Assembly: GCA_946965045.2 (NCBI GenBank)
Contig: OX337231.1
Span: forward strand, 1,426,001 to 1,490,000
DNA from: Epithemia pelagica
Lineage: Eukaryota > Protista > Bacillariophyta
DNA: 64,000 bases
Direction: 5' to 3'
In this document: one piece after another, positions 55,297-64,000 of the stretch
How positions within the stretch are numbered: the stretch's first letter is position 1
Layout of the letters: the number at the start of each line of letters is the position of its first letter
Made by a program: the position numbers and the translations under genes
The notes under the pieces: generated by a model
Told to the model about the DNA's origin: nothing
Seen by the model: the letters and a program-made list of their open reading frames with translations, nothing else
Database searches by the model: none

Positions 55297-55880
55297 GGGC
55301 AAGGATGCTACTGTGACGGCGTCACAAATCCATTTCGTCACCTGACATGACGAAAAACGGGCCATGTCACGTCAGCCCATCGGCCCCTGACATGACGGTG
55401 ACGAAAAAAGATATTCGTAGAAACTTCGCCGAAGTTCTTTGATAGCGATCAGATACGGCGAGAGAAGCTCAAAAACACTTTAAAAAGTGAAACATGGAGG
55501 CACACATCAATGAAGGTGCACCATCAATCCCTACAGACTTGGTAGTGGTGATGACCTTGACAGATGAAGATGACGACGCAGGTGCCGGCGGTGCCGGTGC
55601 TGGTACTGCTGCTGCTGACGAAGACTACTAACCTGACCCGGCAGACGACGACGAGGAAGAAGAGGAGGGAAATAGAAACCAGGGCATCGATGACAGAGTA
55701 GAAGAAGAAAGTTTACCACCTTTTCCAATTACTACCATGTTGCTTTCTGTCTGCATTGTGTATCCCAGTTCGGCGAGGGGGTGACGACATTTCGTCTAGT
55801 TCGTCAGCAGTTCGTCATTCGTCAAACTCGTCACGTCAGGCCGAGGGTCGGTGACGCGACGGACTTGCAAACTTGACTAG
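55297..55880. mobile_element. Probable non-autonomous DNA transposon with TGACG subterminal arrays; exact ends unresolved
   Basis: 7 TGACG/CGTCA in 55314-55403 and 7 in 55782-55856; internal acidic coding remnant with a stop; only weak terminal complementarity. Confidence 0.5.
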
Positions 55881-55889
55881 GGAGTGTAA

Positions 55890-56648
55890 GGCTATCTCCA
55901 CCCGGGGCCGCTACAAAGGTCCAAAAACCGCTATCGAACTCCACCATCTCCTCTAACCGCTAAACAGCTCCGCTATCCGCTATTTTTGCCGCTATTTGGG
56001 GCCCCGCATAGCGGCAAAAATAGCGGATAATCGCGGAGCAGAATATAACCGTCGGCATAAATAAATTAGCGTCTGCTGCCAACAGTATCTCTCGTGTCGA
56101 AAACATGGCAATGGCACGTATTGATTGTGACAATCGCTTACCATCTCTTTTTCCATTGTTGTGTTCCCTACTTCCTACAATGGGACAAAAACTTTGCACA
56201 GCAAGATGATTCGAGGATCAGTGATCGGAAGGAATGCAACAATCAAACAAATGCATCATTCAAACTATTGATGAGTTCGATTATCATTGGACAGGGAATG
56301 GGACGATTGGACAGCAACCTACAACCTACATCTACATTGGCCATGAACAACAACATGATTCATCATGACAGTCAACAATGCAGAGGGAAAACAACGAGTC
56401 CTCCATCTTTGGTTTATGCTTTGTGCTCTCGTTGATTGTCTTGTTTGAATTCCGCAACTTCCGCGGCCGCACCCCTTTTTAACCGAAACGAGAGAGGGCA
56501 TATGCGCAATGCGTACGCGCAGCGGCGTTCTTTTAACGGAGATCGTGGAGTTTATTTCCCTTTGGCTCCGCTAATCCGCTATCCGGATAGCGAGGCCAAT
56601 CAGAAAGCCCCAATACGTCAGCATAGCGGCGCTCGGGTGGAGATAGCC
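55890..56648. mobile_element. 759-bp PIF/Harbinger (Tourist-like) MITE
   Basis: Perfect 15-bp TIR GGCTATCTCCACCCG, TAA TSD at 55887-89 and 56649-51, about ten subterminal CCGCTA/TAGCGG copies. Confidence 0.9.
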
Positions 56649-59310
56649 TAACTCTTGCTACCTACTACTACTACCTACTACTCCTAACTCCAGAAACAGA
56701 AATAATAATGAACTACTCCAACGATGAACTTCGGATTTTGGCTACTCTGAATCCGAACCGAGTCCGAAGTAGAGACTTTGCACGAATAGAGAGACTTGAC
56801 ATGATTTTCATGCCATCACCCTCTATAAAAGCTTTTCGGGTTGTTCTTGTACGTTGGCTAGTTGTACGTGGGACAATCGGATGTGACGTTTGCGGTTTGC
56901 GGTGCGCTGAACGCTGACTGATGATCCCGGAATTCTCATTTGGGTGGAGAAGGAGCGAGAAGCAATAATAATGTGAAGCGCGAACTCTGCAAACTTGGCG
57001 TAGTCTAATGCTTCGCGGTCATCTTCTTTTCGCTTCTTTCTTCCTTCTTCCTTACCCATCATCATCGATCTCATCTTACTCTAGGTAGAGATTTCATGAA
57101 TGCTCACACTACGTGCCTAGATAGAGGTAGTCGCTAGTTTTGTCCTGCACGGGAATGCCCCTTTGCCCCTTTTCACCTCTAGGCACATATGCACACATAC
57201 TCCAAGTATTCTACCTAGGTTTATCATCCATCATCTTAATACAAACACGTGCACCCACACTATCCTGCATTTCCTGTATGATCATATTAGGGACGGTTTT
57301 GGGCTGCAGCGATCGGGCGATAGCAACACTGGTGAGCTGAAGTCGCAACAGAAGCTACCTAGGTAGAACAACAGCACGCAAATAGGGTTTGAGAAAGGGA
57401 TCTTACAAACTGACAAAGGATGAAATAATCGAGAAAGGACAACTGACGTGGGAGAGAAGGAACCGCAGCACGGTCGGGTGCGACGGCGAGAAAGCCTCGA
57501 CGTCCCGTTGATCTGTATTAGTTTGACATAAGGCATTCGCAAAAATCAAGGTTTCGATTTTCAATGTTTCCATAAGAAAATGAATCCAAGAAGGTTGGAC
57601 TTCATCGCTTTCTACAGAGTCGATCTTTTGACTAATCTCGTGCTTCGTGAAGCATGGGTTTCTTTCAGATGCCTTAGGAATCATGCCAAACATCTCCAAC
57701 AACGTCATAGCAAAAAGGAACATATTCATCTCCTCGCTTGCCTCAAAATCTCGATCGAATCTTGTGATGCCTACTCGAGTTGGATCCCCAACCCTGACAG
57801 CAGCTCTGTAATTTCCCAAATAGCACGCATGCTCGAAATGGAAAATAGTAGATGGCTAGCCTTGTAGAGAACCTTTTCGAATCGAAGCAATATTTCAACA
57901 TGTAACGGGATATTTTGCTAAGATAGTGAATCAGATAGCGTCACTTGATAAAATGCCACATGGAAAGACCACAGATCTGGTTGCAGAACGAAATGCCGTA
58001 TCATCATCACGGCTGCAGAAGGCGTTAAATTGCATTGATGGGCAAATCGCGGAAAGTATGCTTGGGTTGGTGCTTTTTCTGGACGTTTGAATGCAGATAA
58101 ATCTGACGCACTTTGTTGAGGACCGACGCTCTGCTGTGGCGGTGATTGCTTTTGTGGAGAGCAAGTGCGATCCAGGGCTCATTTGAATCTTTGGTTTGTC
58201 GTAGACGGTCACCTGATCTCACGGAATCTACGCGTCAGGCTCTTGTATCTTCCATTTTCGTTCCATTCTTGTAAATCTGAATGACGGTGTAGGACGAGTT
58301 GCATAAGCATGACGCGGGATGGATGAGATGATTGTGAAATGATATATTTGACGACTCAATGTGATGTCGCGAGAAACAGAAAAACACCACGAACCCGCTG
58401 TTCCTTCGGGGGTGCTCCTAAAATCAAGGGATCATGTGCACATGACCCTTCAGGTAAAGGACAGATGGCTTCCGTGCCACTTCCATTAGGTGTAGTTCAG
58501 GTCCACTCAGGCAGCAGGGCTGCATCGCAATGACTCAAACCATTCACATTTGCTTCCTTTATCTTCGTTTTCAAATAGTCATTCGATGAAATTCGTATTT
58601 TGAATGTTTTGGGGTCGTTATCAAGGTCACCAACAAAGAACTTGTTCCAATTGTGGCTGTAATACTGTCGAGGCCACGGAATGTTTTTATCTCATGGAAA
58701 TGGGATTGTTCGACAAATTCGAGTTGGGTGCAAGAATCCAATAGGGCGCAGCGAACAAATCTTCAATAGTGGTTCCATCAGAGCTATTCAGATTCTCCAA
58801 AATGATTCCGTTCCCGTCGAAAATGTAGACTACGGTACTGATGTCCGCCATGGTCGTCTGATGCATCCTCTGGAGGGCCGTGGGGCGTGGGGGCCATTGA
58901 GGGGGTGGCATGTTAGGGGTCTTAAAAGGGATTGCGAGAGGTAGCCCCTCTTTCGTTTTTGGGATTTGGGACACGAGCAAGCACAAGCACGGGAGCAACC
59001 CCAAGCGAAAAGATTCTTTGGCTGTCTTTTCTCCATCCATTTTCGTTTCGAGCGAGTTCGCTTACCGAGTCCCTTCTTTACAGAGATATCTTTGTCAATA
59101 CGATCCAAGAAAAACTCTTGCAGGAACAACACCAGCAACACAAAAGCAAGTGTGTCTCCCTTTTTCACGGAACGCCCTCATCAGAACGCACTGGTAATCT
59201 TCCGACACGGGCACAAGAGAGAATCCTTTTCTGCTGGTTTGTGGTTGTGTTCTCGTCTGTTCGTTTGTTGCCATTGCACCCGTTTGTAACGTACCAAACC
59301 ACACTGCAAC

Positions 59311-60552
59311 ATGACCTTTGTTCCCTACAAAGTCGATCATCAAGTGCAAAACGCGGCCAAAACACTTGGATTTTCGAAAAAGAAGGTGAATTTCAAGTTT
59401 GGGTTTGCCAGTCTCCCAGCCATTGAAGAAGGCAAGGCCGGTGCGGGTTGTCGAGGAAGTGAACATGAAGTGGTCTTTATTTGGAGTTTGAAATCGGGCA
59501 AACGACAATTGATGGTGGACGGCAAAGACGTCCATTTTTCGGAGTCGGGCCAAAATGGCTGGATGAATGATCGATCGTGGCAACATTCCTTTGTCCTCAA
59601 CGACAATGCCACTGGAGAACGGTACAATATTCATTTCATTTCCCAACCTCCCCGACCCGAAATTCATGATGCGCACCCGTTTGATTTGCGTGTCAATGGA
59701 GTCAGTTATTTCAAATTCAATGAAATTTGGAAGTTGGGTTCCGCGCAAATGATGGTGCGAGGCGGCGAACGGAGTGCGGGCAGTTCAGGTCGTCGATACC
59801 GTCAGGCACCACCACCCGATCAAGGTTTGTCGGCCGAAGAAGAACGCCAAATTGCCCATGCCAAATTGGAATCTCTCCGCGATTTGGCCAAACATCAAGA
59901 TCAGCCTCCGGCACCACCAACGAATGGAGGAGATGCCTCTCTCATTTCCTTTGATGCTCCACCTCCCAGCCAAGTTGTGGTACCCTCCTCGATGCCACCC
60001 CAGCAGCAGCAGCCGTCCCTCAATGCCTTTGCAGCTCCGGCTCCCAGTCCCTATGCCGGGGCTGCTACTACGGTTGCCTATGGAGCACCCCCGCCACCCG
60101 CCGCCGCATATGGTGGACAACCCGCTTACAATGCCTTTGCCCCTGCGCCTGTGGCAGCCACGGCAACAACAACAACGACGCAATTGACTTCGTACACAGG
60201 ACCGCCAGCGCCCTATGGAGGAGGTGTCGCAGCTCCGGCACCCATGCCGTCGTATACGGTTCCACCTCCCGTGGCAGCAGCACCCTACGGGGCCCCCCAG
60301 CAGCAACAGCCCTATGCGGCCCAAACTCCCACCTATGCTGGGAGTGGTGGTGGTATGGCGGACAATCCGTTTGCGTCCCCCGGTGGACAAACGGAATACA
60401 GTTATGGTTCGGCACCCTCCTTTGCTCGTCCTCCGCCCGCTGCGGCGGCGGCTCCTGCACCTGGCTATCCTCCGCAACCCTCATATGGCATGCCACCTCA
60501 ACAGCAACAATCACCACCTCCCTATGGTACTCCCTATGCGCAACAACAATAG
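59311..60552 (+). CDS. FAIM-like beta-sandwich protein with UIM-like helix and Pro/Gln/Tyr-rich tail (413 aa)
   Basis: HEVVFIWSLKSGKRQLMVDGKDVH resembles the FAIM HxIxFxHxxxSGKRxxxVDG motif; EEERQIAHAKLESL; LISFD; DNPF. Confidence 0.6.
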   Translation: MTFVPYKVDHQVQNAAKTLGFSKKKVNFKFGFASLPAIEEGKAGAGCRGSEHEVVFIWSLKSGKRQLMVDGKDVHFSESGQNGWMNDRSWQHSFVLNDNATGERYNIHFISQPPRPEIHDAHPFDLRVNGVSYFKFNEIWKLGSAQMMVRGGERSAGSSGRRYRQAPPPDQGLSAEEERQIAHAKLESLRDLAKHQDQPPAPPTNGGDASLISFDAPPPSQVVVPSSMPPQQQQPSLNAFAAPAPSPYAGAATTVAYGAPPPPAAAYGGQPAYNAFAPAPVAATATTTTTQLTSYTGPPAPYGGGVAAPAPMPSYTVPPPVAAAPYGAPQQQQPYAAQTPTYAGSGGGMADNPFASPGGQTEYSYGSAPSFARPPPAAAAAPAPGYPPQPSYGMPPQQQQSPPPYGTPYAQQQ

Positions 60553-60592
60553 ACAAGTTGTGAGCTGCACGACAAGTCGTGACTCTGGAGTA

Positions 60593-60613
60593 TGTGTGTG
60601 TGTTTGTGTGTGT
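60593..60613. repeat. Imperfect (TG)n microsatellite in 3' UTR
   Basis: TGTGTGTGTGTTTGTGTGTGT. Confidence 0.8.
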
Positions 60614-61055
60614 CTGATGAGGGAAATGAATTTTAAATGTGTGCAACGAGAAGAGAACAATACGCGTATTACATTTGATAGTGAACAAGAAATAAAATAA
60701 AATGGATCATGCTGCTGCAAGCCGTACCTGAATGAATGACACCTTGCCCTAGTAGAGATCGCGGATATATGTAACAAGTCAATGTATTCTACTCGAAATC
60801 TTCCATGTGTGATGGGGATCTTGTTGAAGCGGCTCGCAGGCATCTTTCGTGGCCACATATCTTGCTTGTGCTTCTCACAAACGCTGTGGAGATAGAGCAT
60901 CTGGAAGTGTGATAGAGTACATGAATGAATGGATTAGGCTACAGGTAGGAGACAGAGGTGGACAATAAGGCTGATAATATGATGATTATCTACATCGTAT
61001 ATTGTGACATCCATTTGGAAATCAAACAGGAAGGAAAGATATTATAACTTGTCAT

Positions 61056-63155
61056 CTATTCATTGGGTGGTTCTCCGCGGCTGACGCGATCCAATTCTTC
61101 TTGCATTTGGACGCCCGCCATGGTTCGTTGTTCCAAACATAAGCCAACACTTTCAAAATAATCCAACACTTCATCTTCCGTCGGTCGACCCGGTTCTTCC
61201 AAGAGTCGATCAAAATCTCGAAGGGTATCCATTTCAATTCGAAGCGTTTCCATGATGGCATCTACATGTGCCTTGTGTGCTTTGAGGAGACGGATCGCAA
61301 TCACCATGTGCTCCGGTGGTGGGACCGCCGAAGGAGAGGCTGGAAGTGCGGCAACCACCGCAGCCATGGGAGCCGCCGAATCGGTAGAACCACCACTCTT
61401 GCTGTTACTGCTGCTGTTGTTGTTATTGGGGACTTTGGGAGGTTTCACGGTTTTGGCACCATTGGGTCCCCTTTCAGCACCAACCGGTGTGTCGTCATCA
61501 TGATCATTGGCACTGAAAGAAGACATTCGCAACCGTTGTTGAATCAAAACCGAGTTGCGGCTGCGTCGCTGAGACAACTCGGCCATATTGGCATTGTTGT
61601 TATTGACCGTTGCCGAAGTATTCACTGCGTTGGACGATCTCGGGGGCAGACTCGATTTGGATTCCATCGATGTGTCCACTGCCGATGACGGTTTACTGGG
61701 GGTCGATTTGCGGTCACTGCTTCCTTGCATTGTTTCGCGAAGTGCAGGGACTCCCAAATCAGCTGGAAAGGCAGTGGGTGACGACGCAGCCTCTTCCGCT
61801 CCATCTCCCGACAAGGTGGCATGCGGAATCAGCATGTCGTCAGATGCCTGTTCGGGCGTGATACCAATGCCGGACTTTTCCGTTGGAATGGGGCTCACTG
61901 GATCCTCCAGGGGAGACGGTACAGTGTCCGTGGACGTATTGACCGGCGCCCCTGCACCTTTGGGTGTTCCTGGAATACTAATGGTCATAGCAGTGCCACC
62001 GTGGTTGTTGGTGCTGTTATCGGGGCGTCGCGACATTAGATCTGCTCTGCGCATGGGAGGAGCCGAGAGTCCAGCGGGCTTTCTTCCTACCGAGGAGGAA
62101 GACGAATAATGTCCAGCACCGCCATTGACACTTCCCCCAGAAGAGGTTGGTGGAAGTGTGAGAGGCGAACTTCTCCGTCCTAGAGCAATGTGAGAAGGAA
62201 TCTGACTGCTGTGAGGGTCCGTTCGAGGGGAAGGCATGGCTCGTCGAGGTGTATGACTGCCCACCGAAGCACCACTGGAACCCATTCTTCGACTTCCTCC
62301 ACCGCCACGAATGTCGCTGTTGTAACTGATCCGACTCATAATAGACAACTCTTCCGTGTCTGGATTATGGCCTTGACCTAGATTGTGCAGCCATCTCGAG
62401 AGTTTTGGATCCTTCGCCGGCAGTCCATCTGGATCATTCATGAGATTGTCATAAATCATGGGTTGCATCCGCTGCATAATTTCCAATGCGGCCTTAATGT
62501 TGGTTCGAACCGAAGGCGAGGGATCTCGCAAACTAGAAATGAGACATTTTCCAACTTGCATCCATATTTCATCGGTCAAGTATCCTTCATCGGTCCAGCA
62601 TTGTAAGGCGTGCCCCAAATACAAGGCACAGGCATCTCGAACTGTTCGACTCTTGTCAATCTTGAGTCGTTCCATCCACAGTGGCATGACCATTTTGCAG
62701 GGGACTTCGGGTATAGCTTCCATCACCATATACTGGACAGCTTGTCGAATCACTTGAACCGTCTGTGCATGAACAGAAAGGACTGTAGGCATCAAGTCTT
62801 TGAACAGATAACGAGCATCGGCTTGGCATCGTGAAAAGAGAGCCAAGAGAGAGCCGCAGGTTCGCTTGACGACGGTGGACCGTGGATCTTTCAAAAGTTC
62901 CGATAAAGGATTCGCCAAATGACGCAATGTGGGAGGATTGTTGTACCAGATTGGTGATGGTCCCGAGTAGTAATCACTTCCTTCCGGAATTTGTTTAATC
63001 AGATTTTCAAACGCCGTAGCTCGTTTCTGCCAAGCGCCCGAGGGAGTATTATCAATGACTTTGACAAACTCCGCAATCGGACCATCATCTACCCGTGATC
63101 CATGGCGAGGAGATGATCCACCCGTCCTTACTCGGGAAGACGAGTACACCGACAT
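61056..63155 (-). CDS. CLASP N-terminal (TOG/HEAT) domain protein with Ser/Pro-rich linker and C-terminal coiled coil
   Basis: WQKRATAFENL, LSELLKDPRSTVVKRTC, RTVRDACALYL, LRDPSPSVR; ATG at 63155. Confidence 0.75.
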   Translation of the reverse strand: MSVYSSSRVRTGGSSPRHGSRVDDGPIAEFVKVIDNTPSGAWQKRATAFENLIKQIPEGSDYYSGPSPIWYNNPPTLRHLANPLSELLKDPRSTVVKRTCGSLLALFSRCQADARYLFKDLMPTVLSVHAQTVQVIRQAVQYMVMEAIPEVPCKMVMPLWMERLKIDKSRTVRDACALYLGHALQCWTDEGYLTDEIWMQVGKCLISSLRDPSPSVRTNIKAALEIMQRMQPMIYDNLMNDPDGLPAKDPKLSRWLHNLGQGHNPDTEELSIMSRISYNSDIRGGGGSRRMGSSGASVGSHTPRRAMPSPRTDPHSSQIPSHIALGRRSSPLTLPPTSSGGSVNGGAGHYSSSSSVGRKPAGLSAPPMRRADLMSRRPDNSTNNHGGTAMTISIPGTPKGAGAPVNTSTDTVPSPLEDPVSPIPTEKSGIGITPEQASDDMLIPHATLSGDGAEEAASSPTAFPADLGVPALRETMQGSSDRKSTPSKPSSAVDTSMESKSSLPPRSSNAVNTSATVNNNNANMAELSQRRSRNSVLIQQRLRMSSFSANDHDDDTPVGAERGPNGAKTVKPPKVPNNNNSSSNSKSGGSTDSAAPMAAVVAALPASPSAVPPPEHMVIAIRLLKAHKAHVDAIMETLRIEMDTLRDFDRLLEEPGRPTEDEVLDYFESVGLCLEQRTMAGVQMQEELDRVSRGEPPNE

Positions 63156-63835
63156 TGTCACTCAATATTAGCCGAGATCTGAGGCTCTTTGGCCGACTAA
63201 AGTCTGGGTTTTGATGGAGCAGAGCCTGATTTTGCTTCCGATTTCTGGATTTCTTCGCCAATTAATTCACCAAAGTCTTATCCCTGGAATACCAACAGCC
63301 TTCCAGAGTCCTGTCGACAAGGGGCGCTTTGGTGGTTGGTTGAGAAGCGTACCCAGTGTGCGGAGAGATGCTCGACTCCTTGTGGTTGTTGTGGTTGTCC
63401 TTGGTGGAGACTTGGCCGTCGTCGTGAGAGTTAGTGAGGTGCGCCGGTTGGATGATAGTCATCGGCGATCCGATAAGGACAACAAAGAGAGAGAGGGGGC
63501 AATCTACTTTTTACACGCCACGCCACACTCTCGTTGTGATTCGGACGACGGACATACGATCCCCCTTCAAAGGTCGCAAAGCCCACCCCATGAAACGAAA
63601 AGGGGGGGCCAACAAAGATCTTCCAATCTCTCTCCAACCATTGCAAATCGCAAACCCGAAAGTTGTCAATCGCAAAACAGAGTCTACGTTCTCCTCTGGA
63701 AGTATCTATTGCTCCTATCCGATCCGCGCAACAAGGGTATCTCTCGCACGGACGTATTATCACTGTCCAAAAGGTGGATTTCACGAGAATTTCTGGGGAC
63801 ACGAGAGAAAACTAAATTCTGTACATCACACTATC

Positions 63836-64000
63836 ATGGAGGCTTCCACATCCAAACCGCCGGCCACCACAACTGCTTCGGCTTCCTTTCTGAAGAGCAG
63901 TGACAATGCTTCGGATCGGATTGTCACGACAACGATGCAAAAGGGGTTTGAGAATATATTGATTCAAACGGGAACGGGTCTGGTATTGGGATTCTTGGCC
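63836..64000 (+). CDS. MIC10: MICOS subunit MIC10-like, 5' part truncated by the window end
   Basis: ATG at 63836, open to the window end: …QKGFENILIQTGTGLVLGFLA, matching the GxGxxxG first TM of Mic10. Confidence 0.55.
   Translation, partial: MEASTSKPPATTTASASFLKSSDNASDRIVTTTMQKGFENILIQTGTGLVLGFLA

Noticed and set aside
56708-58222. Scattered 60-140 aa ORFs right of the transposon island
   Set aside because: Multiple stops in every frame and no recognisable family; possibly a decayed gene but not supportable.
59785-60688. Several 200+ aa overlapping ORFs
   Set aside because: Frame and antisense shadows of the GC-rich Pro/Ala tail of the 59311-60552 gene.
54445-60756. 15-bp inverted match TCTACTAGGGCAAGG (reconstructed after removing the 843-bp element) as ends of a 6.3-kb element
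   Set aside because: No TSD, it would enclose an ordinary host gene, and CTAC/TAG-rich words are over-represented between genes; left unresolved.
63211-63903. 230-aa ORF starting at TTG
   Set aside because: Spans the divergent promoter between the CLASP-N and MIC10-like genes, has no motifs, and overlaps the MIC10 start out of frame.
1-64000. CRISPR array, tRNA or rRNA genes
   Set aside because: No regularly spaced identical repeats with unique spacers and no cloverleaf or rRNA signature seen by eye; tRNAscan-SE or Infernal would be decisive.

Overview
Gene-dense eukaryotic nuclear DNA, most consistent with a pennate diatom: bipartite signal-plus-Phe plastid presequences, short 67-98 nt GT-AG introns and a diatom-type nitrate reductase. 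About 25 host genes are supported, including YaaA, a DNAJC25-like co-chaperone, a SAM methyltransferase, an mTERF-ankyrin protein, a PLAC8 protein, an HMT1/ABCB6-type ABC transporter, a His-rich membrane protein, four RXL/SEA-like type I membrane proteins, an LRR protein, a SASA-family protein, DUF4050, PP2A B56, PIG-X, an FNR-like oxidoreductase, nitrate reductase, a FAIM-like adaptor, a CLASP-N protein and a partial MIC10. There are two accessory zones. (1) 3.0-6.5 kb: a Crinkler/RHS-type NTPase-nuclease pseudogene followed by a mosaic of unrelated gene fragments (DAG kinase, DUF1349, and a GC-rich bacterial moaB 5' end with its Shine-Dalgarno site). (2) 49.9-56.7 kb, just upstream of nitrate reductase: an island of six DNA-transposon units, including an intact mariner-like element with 42-residue D-D spacing nested inside a cargo-bearing TIR element. 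The best candidates for undescribed systems are a putative heavy-metal cluster (PLAC8 with CCXXXXCPC, HMT1, His-rich protein), the fragment-capture mosaic beside the Crinkler nuclease, and a PP2A B56 gene with three in-phase candidate first exons. All calls come from reading motifs by eye; no database searches were run.
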